A stretch of 32,000 bases of DNA from Candidatus Saccharimonadota bacterium (GTDB taxonomy: Bacteria; Bacillota_I; Bacilli_A; Mycoplasmatales; Hepatoplasmataceae): NCBI GenBank assembly GCA_027925325.1, contig AP027133.1, positions 60,001 to 92,000 of the forward strand, written 5' to 3'. The translations under genes were made by a program, and so were the position numbers. Below the pieces are notes generated by a model. That model saw nothing but the letters and a program-made list of their open reading frames with translations. It ran no database searches and was not told where the DNA came from. Below are positions 20,009-31,227 of the stretch, in pieces. Position 1 is the stretch's first letter; each line of letters opens with the position of its first letter.

Positions 20009-22378
20009 ATGTCTTTAAATAAAAAATTACCGTTAATAATTACAAAGGGAAATATTTTATTTCCTAATTTTGTTACAAGTCTAGGATTTAAAAAAGAGTA
20101 TTTATCAGAAGATTTCATTAAAAATTTTCAGAAAAGTGATTTAAATGTTATTATCACATCTTCTTATGAAATTGATAATTTTGCTGATAATAAAAGTACA
20201 AAGAAAAATTCTAAGAAATTAAAAATTTTAGAATATGGAACTTTTGCTTCTGTTGGTAATATTGTTGAAAAAGAAGATACAATAAATATCTTTTTTAGCG
20301 GTCTTAAACGTGTAAAAATTATCGATTTTGTTGAAAAATCTCCTGGTAATTTTTTAGCTGAATTTACTGATTTAAAAGATGTAAATATAGATTCATCAAA
20401 ATCACTTGATTTAAAAAATAAAATTCGTAATTTAATTTTGCAAAGAATGAATCAACTTAAATTAAAAGCCGATAATATGGAACCATTATTTCAAGCACCT
20501 GCTGGAGCTTTTTCTGATTCAATTGCAAATATTTTACATCTTACAAATGAAGAAAAATTTGAATTAATAAGTGAAAATAATGTTGAAAAAAGATTAGAAA
20601 TATTATTAGATAATTTACAGACTTCTTTACAAGTAAATGAAGATATCGCTCGTGATATTAATACAAGAGTAAGAGAAAAATTTACTAAACAGCAAAAAGA
20701 ATTTTATTTAAGAGAGCAATTAAAAGCGATAAGAGAAGAACTTGATGAAATGTCAGGAGAAGAAAACGATATTAAAACGCTTAAGAAAAGAGCCGAACAA
20801 AATCCTTATCCTGAAAATATTAAGACTAAAATCATAAAGGAAATTGGTAGACTTGAAAATACACCAAGTTCTGCTCCTGAAGCCGGAATTATTCGTACAT
20901 ATTTAGATTGAATAATGAATGTTCCATGATGACAAAAGGATAATGAAAAAATTGATATTGTAAAAGCAAAAAAAATTCTTGATGAAGATCATTATGGTCT
21001 TGAGGAACCAAAGAAGAGAATTATTGAATATCTTGCTGTAAAACAAAGTAATCCTGATTCAAAAGGTGCTATTATATCTTTAATAGGTCCTCCCGGAACA
21101 GGAAAAACTTCACTTTCAAAATCAATTGCTAGAGCGCTTGATCGTAAATTTATTAAAATTTCTTTAGGTGGTATAAAAGATGAATCAGAAATAAGAGGTC
21201 ATCGTCGTACCTATATTGCATCAATGCCCGGGAAAATTGTTCAAGCAATGCGTAAAGCCGGAACAACAAATCCGGTTATTTTATTAGATGAAATTGATAA
21301 AATGTCTTCTGATTTTAGAGGAGATCCAGCATCAGCGATGCTTGAAGTTTTAGATTATGAGCAAAATAATAAATTTCAAGATCATTACCTAGAAGAAGAA
21401 TATGATTTATCTAATGTCTTTTTTATTGCAACAGCAAATTACGTAAAAGATATTCCTGAACCTTTATATGATCGTTTAGAAAAAATTGAAATAACTTCTT
21501 ATACAGAACTTGAAAAAGTTGAGATAGCAAAGAAATTCTTAATTCCTCGTGTAGTTAGTGAAACAAATTTAAAAGTAAGAAATTTTAAAATTGATGATGA
21601 TGCCTTAAAATTTATTATTCGCCATTATACAATGGAAGCCGGGGTAAGACAACTTCAACGTACGCTTGAGAAACTTGCTCGTGGAATTTTAGTAATGAGT
21701 TTGGATGGGGAATTAAAAAGTAACGGTGTTTATAGAATTAATAAAAAGCATATTACTAAATTATTAGGAAAGATAATATTTAATTTTACAAGAAAAGAAG
21801 ATGTACCACAGATTGGAACTGTAAATGGGCTTGCATGAACAGCCTATGGTGGTGATATTTTACCAATCGAAGTTACTCTTTTTCCGGGAAAAGGGAATTT
21901 AATTTTAACAGGACAAATCAGAGATGTAATGAAAGAATCAGCATCAATTGCTTATTCTTATATCAAATCAAATTATAAAAAATTTGATATAAAGACAGAT
22001 TTTAAAGATAATAAAAACCTTTTCAAAGATTTTGATATTCATGTTCATTCTCCAGATGGAGCGACACCAAAAGATGGTCCTTCAGCCGGTGTAACATTTA
22101 CTACTTCTTTAATTTCTGCTTTAAGAAAGATTCCTGTTTCTGAAAAAATAGGTATGACAGGAGAGATTACTTTGAGAGGTAAAATTTTACCAATTGGTGG
22201 ATTAAGAGAAAAATCTATTTCAGCTTATAGATCAGGTTTAGAAGCGATTTATATTCCAAAGGAAAATTTACGAGACGTTGATACTTTGCCAAAAGAAGTT
22301 ACAAAGAATTTAAAAATTATTCCTGTTGCGACATTTGATGAACTTTATAGTCGTTTAAAAAAAGACCACCGCATATAA
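20009..22378 (+). CDS. lon: ATP-dependent Lon protease
   Basis: Track ORFs 20009-20911, 21224-21838 and 21929-22378 share frame 2 across TGA codons. Walker A GPPGTGKTS. Walker B ILLDEIDK. Proteolytic Ser motif PKDGPSAGV. 789 aa. Confidence 0.95.
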
Positions 22379-22395
22379 AAATTTTAATTTAAAAT

Positions 22396-24972
22396 ATGGA
22401 AGAAAAAAAATCAATAAAAAAGATATATAATCCATTAGAATTTGAAGAGAGAATTTATTCTTTTTGAAAGAAAAATAATTTTTTTATTGATAAAAATAAA
22501 AATAATAAAACTTTTACGATAATTCTCCCTCCACCTAATGTTACGGGGGAATTACATTTAGGTCATGCTTGAGATCTTTATTTTCCCGATCTTTTAATAA
22601 GATATAAAAGATTAAAAGGATACAATGCAATTTGATATCCTGGTACAGATCATGCTGGAATTGCAACGCAAGCTAAAATAGAAAAAATAGTTTTTGAAGA
22701 AACAGGCAAAAATCGTTTCCAGATTGGAAAAGAGGACTTTTTAAAAAAAATCTGAAACTGAAAAAATTTTTATGAAAAAAACATTTTTAAACAATGATAT
22801 AAAATTGGTGTTTGTTTAAATTTTGATAAATATAAATTTACTCTTGATGGTGATGTAAATGATTTAATTAATGAAGTTTTTATAGATTATTATCATAAAA
22901 ATTTAATATATCAAGATACTAAGATTATAAATTGAGATATAAAATTACAAACAGCTATTTCAAATATTGAAATTGAAAGAAAAGAAACAAAATCGAAATT
23001 ATATTATATTCGTTATCCATTATTAGAAGATCCAAAGAAATATTTAATAATTTCAACAACAAGACCTGAAACAATTTTTGGTGATACCGCTATATTTATA
23101 AATCCTAAAGATAAGAGATATCAAAATTTTATTGATAAATATTTGGTAAATCCTTTAAATCAAGAAAAATTAAAAATATTTAGTGATAAATATGTTGATA
23201 TTAATTTTGGAACAGGAATCATGAAAGTTACGCCTGCTCATGATTTTAATGATTATGATTTAGGAAAAAAATATAATTTAAATTTTATTAATATTTTAAA
23301 TAAAAATGGCACATTGAATGATAAATGCTTAAAATACGTAAATATGGATCGATATGAAGCGAGAAAAAAAATTATTGAGGATCTATCTAAAAGAGATTTA
23401 ATTGAAAAAATTGATGATAATTATATAAATTATGTCTCTTATTCTCAAAGATCAGGGACAATTATTGAACCTCTAATTTCAAAACAATGATTTTTAAGAT
23501 CATCTAAATTATCAACTAATATTTTAAAAAAAGATTTAATAGGACTTAATTTTTATCCAAAGAGATTTTTAAAAGAATATCAAAAAGGACTAAAAAACAT
23601 GGAAGACTGATGTATTTCACGTCAATTATGATGAGGTCATCAAATTCCTGTTTGATATTTTAAAGATAAAATTAAAGTTCAAAAAGATTCACCTGGAAAA
23701 AATTGAATTCAAGATCAAGATGTTTTAGATACTTGATTTTCTTCATCTCTTTGACCGATTATTTTTAAAAATAATAAAATAATTGAAAAATCTAAAAATA
23801 ATGAATATTTATCTGATTTACTATTTACAGGTAGTGATATTCTTTTCTTCTGAGTTATAAAAATGGTTTTGCAAGCAATTGAAATTGAAAACAAATACCC
23901 TTTTAAGAATGTTATAATTCATGGTTTAATTCGTGATAAAAATGGCAAAAAAATGTCTAAATCTTTAAATAATGGAATAAATCCAATTGATGTTATTAAT
24001 AAATGAGGATCAGATTCATTGCGCTTTTTTTTATTAGCAAATTCAACTGCTGGTAATGATCTTAATTTTAATGAAAATAAAATAAATTTTTCTTGAGATC
24101 TTAATAATAAGTTATTTAACATTAATAATTTATTATTAAGATTATTGAAAGATAAAAAAGTTGAACGTCTTGAGTTTTCTAATTTAAAATTAAATTTTTT
24201 GGATAATTATTTAATTTACAAATTAAGAAAACTTATTCTTTTAATTGAAAATAATCTTGAAAAATATAATTTAACTATTATATTTAATAATATTTCTACC
24301 TTCTTACTAGAAGATTTTTCTAGTAATTATCTTGAACTTTTAAAAAATGATGTAAATGAAAATAAATATCAGAATGCCTTAAATATTTATTTACAAATTT
24401 TAATTGTTTTACACCCATTTATTCCATTTCTTACAGAGAAAAATTATCAATCTTTAAAAAATAATATCAAAGTTAAGAAATCAATTTTATTAGAAGATTA
24501 CTTAAATTCAAATACTATTAGTAATTTAAAAATTAATTTTAATATAATTAAAAAAGTAATCGTTATTTTAAAGGTTTTGCGAAAAATAAATTCAGATTCA
24601 AATTATAAAAAAAATTATCAAATATTGATATTGAGTAAAAATTTAAATTTAAATCAAAAAAAATATATTATTCAATTTTTAAAAAATAATTATAATTTTA
24701 AATTTGTAAATGAAAATAGGGAAATGAAATTTAATGATATTTATATTTCAAAAAATATCGGGGCAATTTTTTATAAGTTTTATGAGAAAGATTTAAAGTC
24801 AACTTCGAATTTAAAAGCAAAAGCAATACAACATTTTCGATTTGAATATGATCGTTCTAATGATTTATTGAAAAATAATGGATTTATTAAAAATGCAAGA
24901 AAAGAATTAATTGAAAAAGAAAAAATTAAACGGGAAAAATATAAAAAACTTTTGACTTTAATTGATTTTTAA
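22396..24972 (+). CDS. valS: valyl-tRNA synthetase
   Basis: ATG at 22396. [15 protein letters not shown] (HIGH region). WCISRQLWWGHQIPVW is encoded with three TGA codons (23608-23634). KMSKS is present. Track ORFs 23143-23490 and 24145-24972 are in frame 1. 858 aa. Confidence 0.95.
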
Positions 24973-24975
24973 AAT

Positions 24976-25917
24976 ATGGAATTTAATTTTACAAATTTAA
25001 AATCGATCCGGATTGATAAATATTTAATTGAGATATTAAAAGATCAACAAATACAATTAACAAGAAGTAAAATTAGTGATTTAATTAAGAAAAAAGGAAT
25101 ATTTGTTAACGGAAAATTAATAACAAAATCCGGATATCTTTTAAAAGGGAACGGAATTATAAAAATTAGCGATCTTTTTTTAGATCAAGAAGATAATCAA
25201 AATTTAAATAAATGATACAATTCGGAATTAATTGATATAATTTTTGAAACAGATGATTATATTGTAATTAATAAACCATCTAACTTATCTGTTTACCCTG
25301 GATCTGGAAGTAGAGATGATACTTTAGTTAATATTCTTATTTCATTAAGGAGTGATTTAGCTAATATTGAAACTAAAAGACCGGGAATTGTTCATAGAAT
25401 TGACAAAAATACTTCTGGCGTGCTAATAATAGCCAAAAATGATAATTTTGCTAATTATTTGCAAAAACAATTTAAAGAGCGAAAAATATATAAAGAATAT
25501 TTAGCAATAACCAACGGGAATCTTCCATCTAAAAAGGGAATAATAGATGCTCCAATTGGAAGAAATGTTAATAATAGAAAATTGATGACGGTAACTAATA
25601 AAAATAGTAAATATGCGATTACTGAGTATGAAGTTATTAAAAGATTTACAAATTATGATTATTTAAAATTAATTTTAAAAACAGGAAGAACACATCAAAT
25701 TCGTGTTCATTTGAAATTTTTAAATACTCCTATTTTAAATGATTTTGATTATGGTAGAAAAATAAAAAGTAATAATATTTATGGTCAGTTCTTACATGCT
25801 TATAAAATTTGTTTTTATGATTATGAAAGTAATAAAAAATGTTATACAGCAAAATTACCTTCTTATTTTAGAAAGCAATTAGATATTTTAAAAAGGAATA
25901 AAAATGGCGAAAATTAG
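24976..25917 (+). CDS. rluD: RluD/RluA-family 23S rRNA pseudouridine synthase with an N-terminal S4 domain
   Basis: Track ORFs 24976-25215 and 25420-25917 are in the same frame, with TGA at 25213. S4-like RIDKYL. Catalytic motif HRIDKNTSGVLIIAKN. TGRTHQIRVH. Confidence 0.85.
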
Positions 25918-27556
25918 ATTATTAGGTCTAGGAGGCCTGGATGAAAAAGCAAAAGATTTATATGTTTTAGAAATCGATTCTAAAATATTTATTTTAGATG
26001 CCGGTGTATCCGAACCTTTTTATCCATTATTAGGAATAAATTATTATATTCCTAAAATTGATTATTTAAAGGAAAATGCAGATAAAATAAAAGGGATTTT
26101 TTTATCTTCTCCAAATCGTAGCATGATAGGTGCAATTTTACAAATATTAAATTTATTTCCTAAAATTCCTATTTACGGATCAGATATTACAATTAAATCT
26201 TTGGATGTATTTTTTAAAAATAATTTTCAGATAAAAAAAGCAAATAAAAATATAATATCTGAAAATAAATCAGTAAAAATAGATGATATTTTAATAAGGG
26301 TTGTGGACTTAAATGCCTCTTGCCCAGGGACTTTGGGATATGTTTTTAATACAACTGATGGAAATATTTTTTATTTTTCATCATATATTTTTGATTACAT
26401 TGAAGAATACAATATATCAATTTTTGATCATATAAAAAAATATACAATCGAAAAAAATCTTTTATTTATATCTGATTCATTAAATATGAATCGTAATTCT
26501 TCGATATATCCTCTTTACAAAATAAGCAATCATATAGAAAAATATTTTGATGAAAAGAAAAGAATTTTTATAACTATTTATGAAGATAATATTATTAATA
26601 TAGTTGAGATTATTAATTTAGCAAAAGAATATAAAAGAGATATTTATATATTTGATGTTGAGTTTTTAGAATTAATTAAATTAATGATGCAAGCAAAAAG
26701 AATTCCTTATTTTGATCTTAAGAAAGCATCAGAATTAAAAAGTTCAATCCCAGCAGAAAAAATAATTATTATAATGTCGGGAACAAGATCTAATCTTTAT
26801 CATCGTGTAAAAGCAAGTCTAATTGAAGATAATATTTATAATTTAGAAATTGAAAAAAGAGATATTTTTATTTTTGCATCAGAACCACAACCAGGTAACG
26901 AAGCTATATTTCAAAATATCACAAGTGAGGTTTCAAAAATTGATCCTAAAACATTAATTTTGAGTGAAAATGATAAAATTTGGATTCATCCGACTCAATA
27001 TGATTTAAAAAATTATATTGGTTTATTAAAGCCAAAATTTTTCATGCCAGTAAAAGGATTTTTTAAAGAATTTATTGAAGCCAAGAAAATTTTAAAATCA
27101 ATCGGCTATAAGGATAATCAGATTATTATTTGTGAAAATGGGGAGATTTTTGAGATAAATGATGGGAATAATTTAGGTATTGTTCGCAAAATAAAAGAAG
27201 TTGGAGAACAAATAATAGAAGGAATGAATGATGAACTTATAGATAGTGAAATAATTACACAAAGACAAGCTCTAGGAAAAGATGGATTACTTACAATAGG
27301 ATGTGTTGTCAGTAAAGAAGAAAATTTTAAGATAATTTCAAATATAGATATTCAAATGAGGGGATTAATTTATATTAAAAATCAAGAGAAATTAATGCAA
27401 AATTTAGAGAATGAGATTAAATTGATAATTGAAGAAAATCGTGATGATTTTATCTTAAATCGAGTTCAATCGATCATAATAAAAAGAATTAATAAAATAT
27501 TACGTTTGTCAATTAAGAAAATTCCGACTATAATAATAAAGATTAAGCAAATATAA
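25904..27556 (+). CDS. RNase J-like protein (beta-CASP metallo-beta-lactamase fold) with substituted metal-binding motifs
   Basis: 550 aa and collinear with RNase J: LGLGGLDE..LYVLEIDSKIFILDAGV, LKPKFFMPV, and a C-terminal domain. The HxHxDH motif is replaced by SSPNRS (LSSPNRSM spans 26102-26125). Other His/Asp ligands are also substituted: NASCPG, YFSSYIFD, HPTQYD and MPVKGFF. The start overlaps rluD by 14 nt. Confidence 0.65.
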   Translation: MAKIRLLGLGGLDEKAKDLYVLEIDSKIFILDAGVSEPFYPLLGINYYIPKIDYLKENADKIKGIFLSSPNRSMIGAILQILNLFPKIPIYGSDITIKSLDVFFKNNFQIKKANKNIISENKSVKIDDILIRVVDLNASCPGTLGYVFNTTDGNIFYFSSYIFDYIEEYNISIFDHIKKYTIEKNLLFISDSLNMNRNSSIYPLYKISNHIEKYFDEKKRIFITIYEDNIINIVEIINLAKEYKRDIYIFDVEFLELIKLMMQAKRIPYFDLKKASELKSSIPAEKIIIIMSGTRSNLYHRVKASLIEDNIYNLEIEKRDIFIFASEPQPGNEAIFQNITSEVSKIDPKTLILSENDKIWIHPTQYDLKNYIGLLKPKFFMPVKGFFKEFIEAKKILKSIGYKDNQIIICENGEIFEINDGNNLGIVRKIKEVGEQIIEGMNDELIDSEIITQRQALGKDGLLTIGCVVSKEENFKIISNIDIQMRGLIYIKNQEKLMQNLENEIKLIIEENRDDFILNRVQSIIIKRINKILRLSIKKIPTIIIKIKQI

Positions 27557-27585
27557 TTTAATTATTGGGGGTTAAATTAAGTAAA

Positions 27586-29592
27586 ATGGTTAATAAAAAT
27601 AATAAAAATAAAAAAAATTTTTTTTCATCAAGTCTAAATACGATTTCAAATTATTTTAAAAATACTTTTAAAAGGGATAAAAAAAATGAGATTTCTTTAC
27701 AAAGTGAAAGTTTTGAAAATAGTGAGATTTTAAATAAAAAATCAGATAATTTTGATCTTTTAGAAGAAAATACTCGTCTTTCAAAAATTAAAAATAAAAT
27801 TTTATCTGAAAAAAAAGGAGAAGATTTTTTAGATGAAAATTTAGATCTTCAAACAAATACAGCGCAATTTTTATTTGAAAATATTTTTGAAACAGAAAAA
27901 TTAAAACAAAAATTAGAAGAATTAAATTTAGAGAAAAAAATTGATATTGATATTAATGATAAAAATAAAAAATCTTATTCATTAAAATTTGATAATAATG
28001 ATTTAAATGATGATTTAAAGCAAAATAATAATTCTAATGATTCTGATGAATTGTTTTCTGATTTTGAATACGAAAATGAAATTAGTGAAGAATTAGATGA
28101 AGATAATTTAAAAAAAAACGAGATAAATAATTTAGAGGAAATTGAAGATAAAAAGGAAATAGAGGAAGTTGATATTCAAAAAAAAAACGAGATAAATACT
28201 AAATTTCCTTTTTTTTTATTGCAAAATCAAAAAGAAAAGATAGATAATGATGATTCAAGTGAAAAATATCAGCGAAAAATTAATTATATTTTGAGAAATG
28301 TTGATTTTCCAGGAAAAATTAGTGAAGTAAATAGTTGCTCGACATTTTCTACTTTTGTAATTACTCTTTTTAAAAATTTTAATATAAAAGATTTATATAA
28401 ATTTAAAAGTCATTTTAGTAAATTTTTTTATAAAATAGATTATCGGTTTGATATTAATAAAATTAATCAAAAAAAATTAATTTTAGAGATAAAAAATCCC
28501 TATTTTAATATTTCAAATTTTAAATATTTTTATCAAAAAATGAATAATGATTTTATTGAAGAAAAATTGATATTAGGACAAGATTATCAAAATAAACCAA
28601 TTTATAAGTCTTTATCAAAATTATTTATATTAGCAAAAGCAAAAGATAAAACTAATTTTATTAATAATCTAATTACATCTATTGTTTTAAAAAAAAATTC
28701 TGATGAGATAAAATTTAAAATTTTTTTAGAAAAAGATATTGATTTAAAATATGATTTAAATTTTCCATTTTTTTTTGAAAATAACTTATCTAAAAATTAT
28801 TCATTAAACGAAATGATTGATATTTATAATCAAAGAAAAGAAATTTTTAAACAAAAAAAAGCTAATAATTTTGATCATTATAATAATCTACTAATTGATG
28901 AAAATGAAAGAATTCCTAAAATAATTTTGGTAATTTCTGAATTAAAAAATGTATTAGAAAATAATGATAATTCTATTATTAATAAATTTATAAAAATAAT
29001 TGCAAAAGGTGAGAAATATGGAATTTATCCAATTTTGTTGGCAGAAAAAATATCTAATAATATTAGAGAAAAGATTGATATAAATTTATTTAAAAACGAA
29101 CAACGAATTTTATTTTTTCAAGATACTAATTTATCAAATTTTCAATTTTTCAAAAATAAAGAAATTGATAAATTATTTTCAATTGGAGATTTTGTCATTT
29201 TAAATCAAAATGAATTAATTCATTGTCAACAGATAGTTATTTCAGATCAGGAATTAAAATTAATAAATATTTATTTAAAAAATTTTTATAATTTAAGAAA
29301 TAAACAAAGGTTAATTGAAAATAATATGAATGATAAAATGAATCAAGAAGATATAAATGAGGAAATTTTAGATAAAGATGATTTTTTACTAAAGACAGCA
29401 AAAATGATTTTATCTGAAAAAAAAGAGATAAATTTGCAAATAATTCAATCTTATATGGGGATTGATTATAATCAAGCATATTTAATATTAAGAAGTTTAA
29501 TTAAATATAAGATAATCTCTGATCAAAAAAATAATAATAATCGCTATAAATTAATTGATGAAGAGGTTTATAATGAAGTCGAATATTTCTAA
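27586..29592 (+). CDS. FtsK/SpoIIIE-like protein lacking TM segments, with substituted Walker motifs and a gamma-domain-like winged helix
   Basis: ATG at 27586, with an alternative TTG at 27565. The N-terminal 210 aa or so are acidic/Lys-rich low complexity. The core is collinear with the FtsK motor: LGQDYQNKPIYKSLSKLFILAKAKDKTNFINNLITSIV where FtsK has LG.D..G......L...PH.L.AG.TGSGKS; IPKIILVISELKNV where FtsK has the DEFADL Walker B; LLAEKIS where FtsK has ATQRPS. The C-terminus LLKTAKMILSEKKEINLQIIQSYMGIDYNQAYLILRSL resembles the gamma domain. Confidence 0.6.
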   Translation: MVNKNNKNKKNFFSSSLNTISNYFKNTFKRDKKNEISLQSESFENSEILNKKSDNFDLLEENTRLSKIKNKILSEKKGEDFLDENLDLQTNTAQFLFENIFETEKLKQKLEELNLEKKIDIDINDKNKKSYSLKFDNNDLNDDLKQNNNSNDSDELFSDFEYENEISEELDEDNLKKNEINNLEEIEDKKEIEEVDIQKKNEINTKFPFFLLQNQKEKIDNDDSSEKYQRKINYILRNVDFPGKISEVNSCSTFSTFVITLFKNFNIKDLYKFKSHFSKFFYKIDYRFDINKINQKKLILEIKNPYFNISNFKYFYQKMNNDFIEEKLILGQDYQNKPIYKSLSKLFILAKAKDKTNFINNLITSIVLKKNSDEIKFKIFLEKDIDLKYDLNFPFFFENNLSKNYSLNEMIDIYNQRKEIFKQKKANNFDHYNNLLIDENERIPKIILVISELKNVLENNDNSIINKFIKIIAKGEKYGIYPILLAEKISNNIREKIDINLFKNEQRILFFQDTNLSNFQFFKNKEIDKLFSIGDFVILNQNELIHCQQIVISDQELKLINIYLKNFYNLRNKQRLIENNMNDKMNQEDINEEILDKDDFLLKTAKMILSEKKEINLQIIQSYMGIDYNQAYLILRSLIKYKIISDQKNNNNRYKLIDEEVYNEVEYF

Positions 29593-29914
29593 TAACTTAA
29601 TTTTTGAATTAAAGCAATTAATTGAAAAAGAAGAGATAGTCTTTGCTTATTTTTCAGCAAATTGATGTGGGGAATGCAAGATGTCAAATTTAGTTTTTGA
29701 TAAATTAAAATTAAATTACGCTGATAAAATCTCTTTTTTAAAAATTGATGTCGATGAAGAAAAATTATGAGATGATGATGAAAATAAATTTTTTAAAGTT
29801 GAAAAAGTACCAACTTTTTTGATATATAAAAATAAAAAGGAGAACAATAGATATTTTAATTTTAAGACAATTGATTTTCATCAAAATCAAATTAGAAAAT
29901 TATTAAATATTTAA
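29573..29914 (+). CDS. thioredoxin-like protein with a WCGEC active site
   Basis: ATG at 29573, overlapping the upstream gene by 20 nt. 113 aa. FSANWCGECK has its Trp encoded by TGA (29663-29665). KVPTFLIY corresponds to the cis-Pro loop. TAA stop at 29912-29914. Confidence 0.75.
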
Positions 29915-29938
29915 TTGAAATAAATTAGGAAATTGTAA

Positions 29939-30577
29939 GTGAAAATAAAGGGAATAGAATTAACATCAGAGGAAAAATATCTAATCTTAAATATTGATAG
30001 GAATTTAAATAATAATCCATTTCAATACAATATTTTAGTAGAAAATTTAAATCAATCTTTTAAAAATATTTTTTTTGAAAATGAACAAAAAATATTTTTT
30101 GATTTTAAAAAAAATTTAAATTATTTTAGATTTATTAATCAAAATTATATTAAGGAAGAAACAAAAAATCTAAAAAACAAGATTTTATTTAAAAGAAGTG
30201 AATATCATAATATGAAAATCAATGAAGATTTAAACCTTAAATTAAAAAATATTAGTAAGTTATTTGTTGAAAAAGAAAAGGCGGAATCTTTAAATTTTTT
30301 AGGAAATTTGAGATTGGAAAATAATAAAGATTTAGAAGAAAAATATATTAATTTGTATAATAAAAACTTAAATAAATTAGTTTTTTTATTAAAAGATCAA
30401 GATGTTTTAAAAATAAAATCTTTAGTTTATGATTATGAGTTAATCAATAAAATAAAAAAATTAAATTTTAATATTAAAATTTCACAAAAAAAACATAATT
30501 GATTTTTTTTGATGATTATTTTTTTAAATATAATTTTACTAGGTGTTTTTATATGAATTTTAATAATTATAATATAG
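29939..30577 (+). CDS. hypothetical protein with a C-terminal hydrophobic tail (212 aa under table 4), GTG start
   Basis: GTG at 29939 directly follows an in-frame TAA, with an AGGAAA RBS 7-8 nt upstream. The track ORF ends at TGA 30500. Reading that TGA as Trp extends the protein by [25 protein letters not shown] to TAG at 30575-30577. Confidence 0.5.
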
Positions 30578-31227
30578 CAATAGATGGTTATGCAGCTACA
30601 GGAAAATCAACTTTAGCTTTAGCACTTTCTTTAGATTTAAAAATGAAATTTTTAAATACGGGTAAAATGTATCGCTTAGTTGCATTATTTTCGAATAGAA
30701 ATAATTATGACCAAGAAAGCTTAAAAAGAAATTTAAGGAAATTAAAATTTAGATATCAAAATAATAAAATTGATATTAAAAATTTTTCTTATGATCCTTT
30801 AGAATTAGAATTGCAAGAAATTTCAGATTTATCTTCAAAATTATCACAATTACAATTTGTAAGAGATTATTTAACAAAGATTCAAAAAAAAATCTTACGA
30901 AGAAAAGGATTTGTCGTTGAAGGAAGAGATATTGGTACAGTTGTTATTCCTGATGCAAAAATTAAATTTTTTCTTACTGTAAGCGATGAAGAGGGAGCGA
31001 AAAGACGATTTTTAGAAATTAAAAATAAATTTAAAAATTTAAAGTATGATGAGATTTTATTAAAAATAAAAGAACGTAATGAAAATGACAAAAATAGAAA
31101 ATTAGCTCCATTAATTCCAGCAAAAGATGCAATAAAAATAGATACTACAAATAAAAGTTATGACCAAGTTTTTAATTTAATTAAAGCAAAAATTTTGGAG
31201 ATTGATAAAAATGATGAATCTGCCTAA
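30553..31227 (+). CDS. cmk: cytidylate kinase
   Basis: ATG at 30553 ([22 protein letters not shown]), the usual Cmk N-terminus with a P-loop. [11 protein letters not shown]. The TTG start at 30499 used in the track is unlikely. 224 aa. Confidence 0.85.
   Translation: MNFNNYNIAIDGYAATGKSTLALALSLDLKMKFLNTGKMYRLVALFSNRNNYDQESLKRNLRKLKFRYQNNKIDIKNFSYDPLELELQEISDLSSKLSQLQFVRDYLTKIQKKILRRKGFVVEGRDIGTVVIPDAKIKFFLTVSDEEGAKRRFLEIKNKFKNLKYDEILLKIKERNENDKNRKLAPLIPAKDAIKIDTTNKSYDQVFNLIKAKILEIDKNDESA

Noticed and set aside
20009-24972. The apparent fragmentation of lon, valS, proS, tyrS, degV and other genes in the ORF track could be read as pseudogenisation
   Set aside because: All the breaks are TGA codons, never TAA or TAG. 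They fall at conserved Trp positions, the fragments are always in the same frame, and a tRNA-Trp(UCA) gene is present. The track used the standard code, and the genes are intact under table 4.
28111-28198. 19-nt direct repeat AAAAAAAACGAGATAAATA (28111-28129 and 28180-28198)
   Set aside because: Both copies lie in frame inside the low-complexity N-terminal region of the ftsK-like gene (KKNEIN twice). This is a coding micro-duplication, not a CRISPR array, an att site or a mobile-element boundary.
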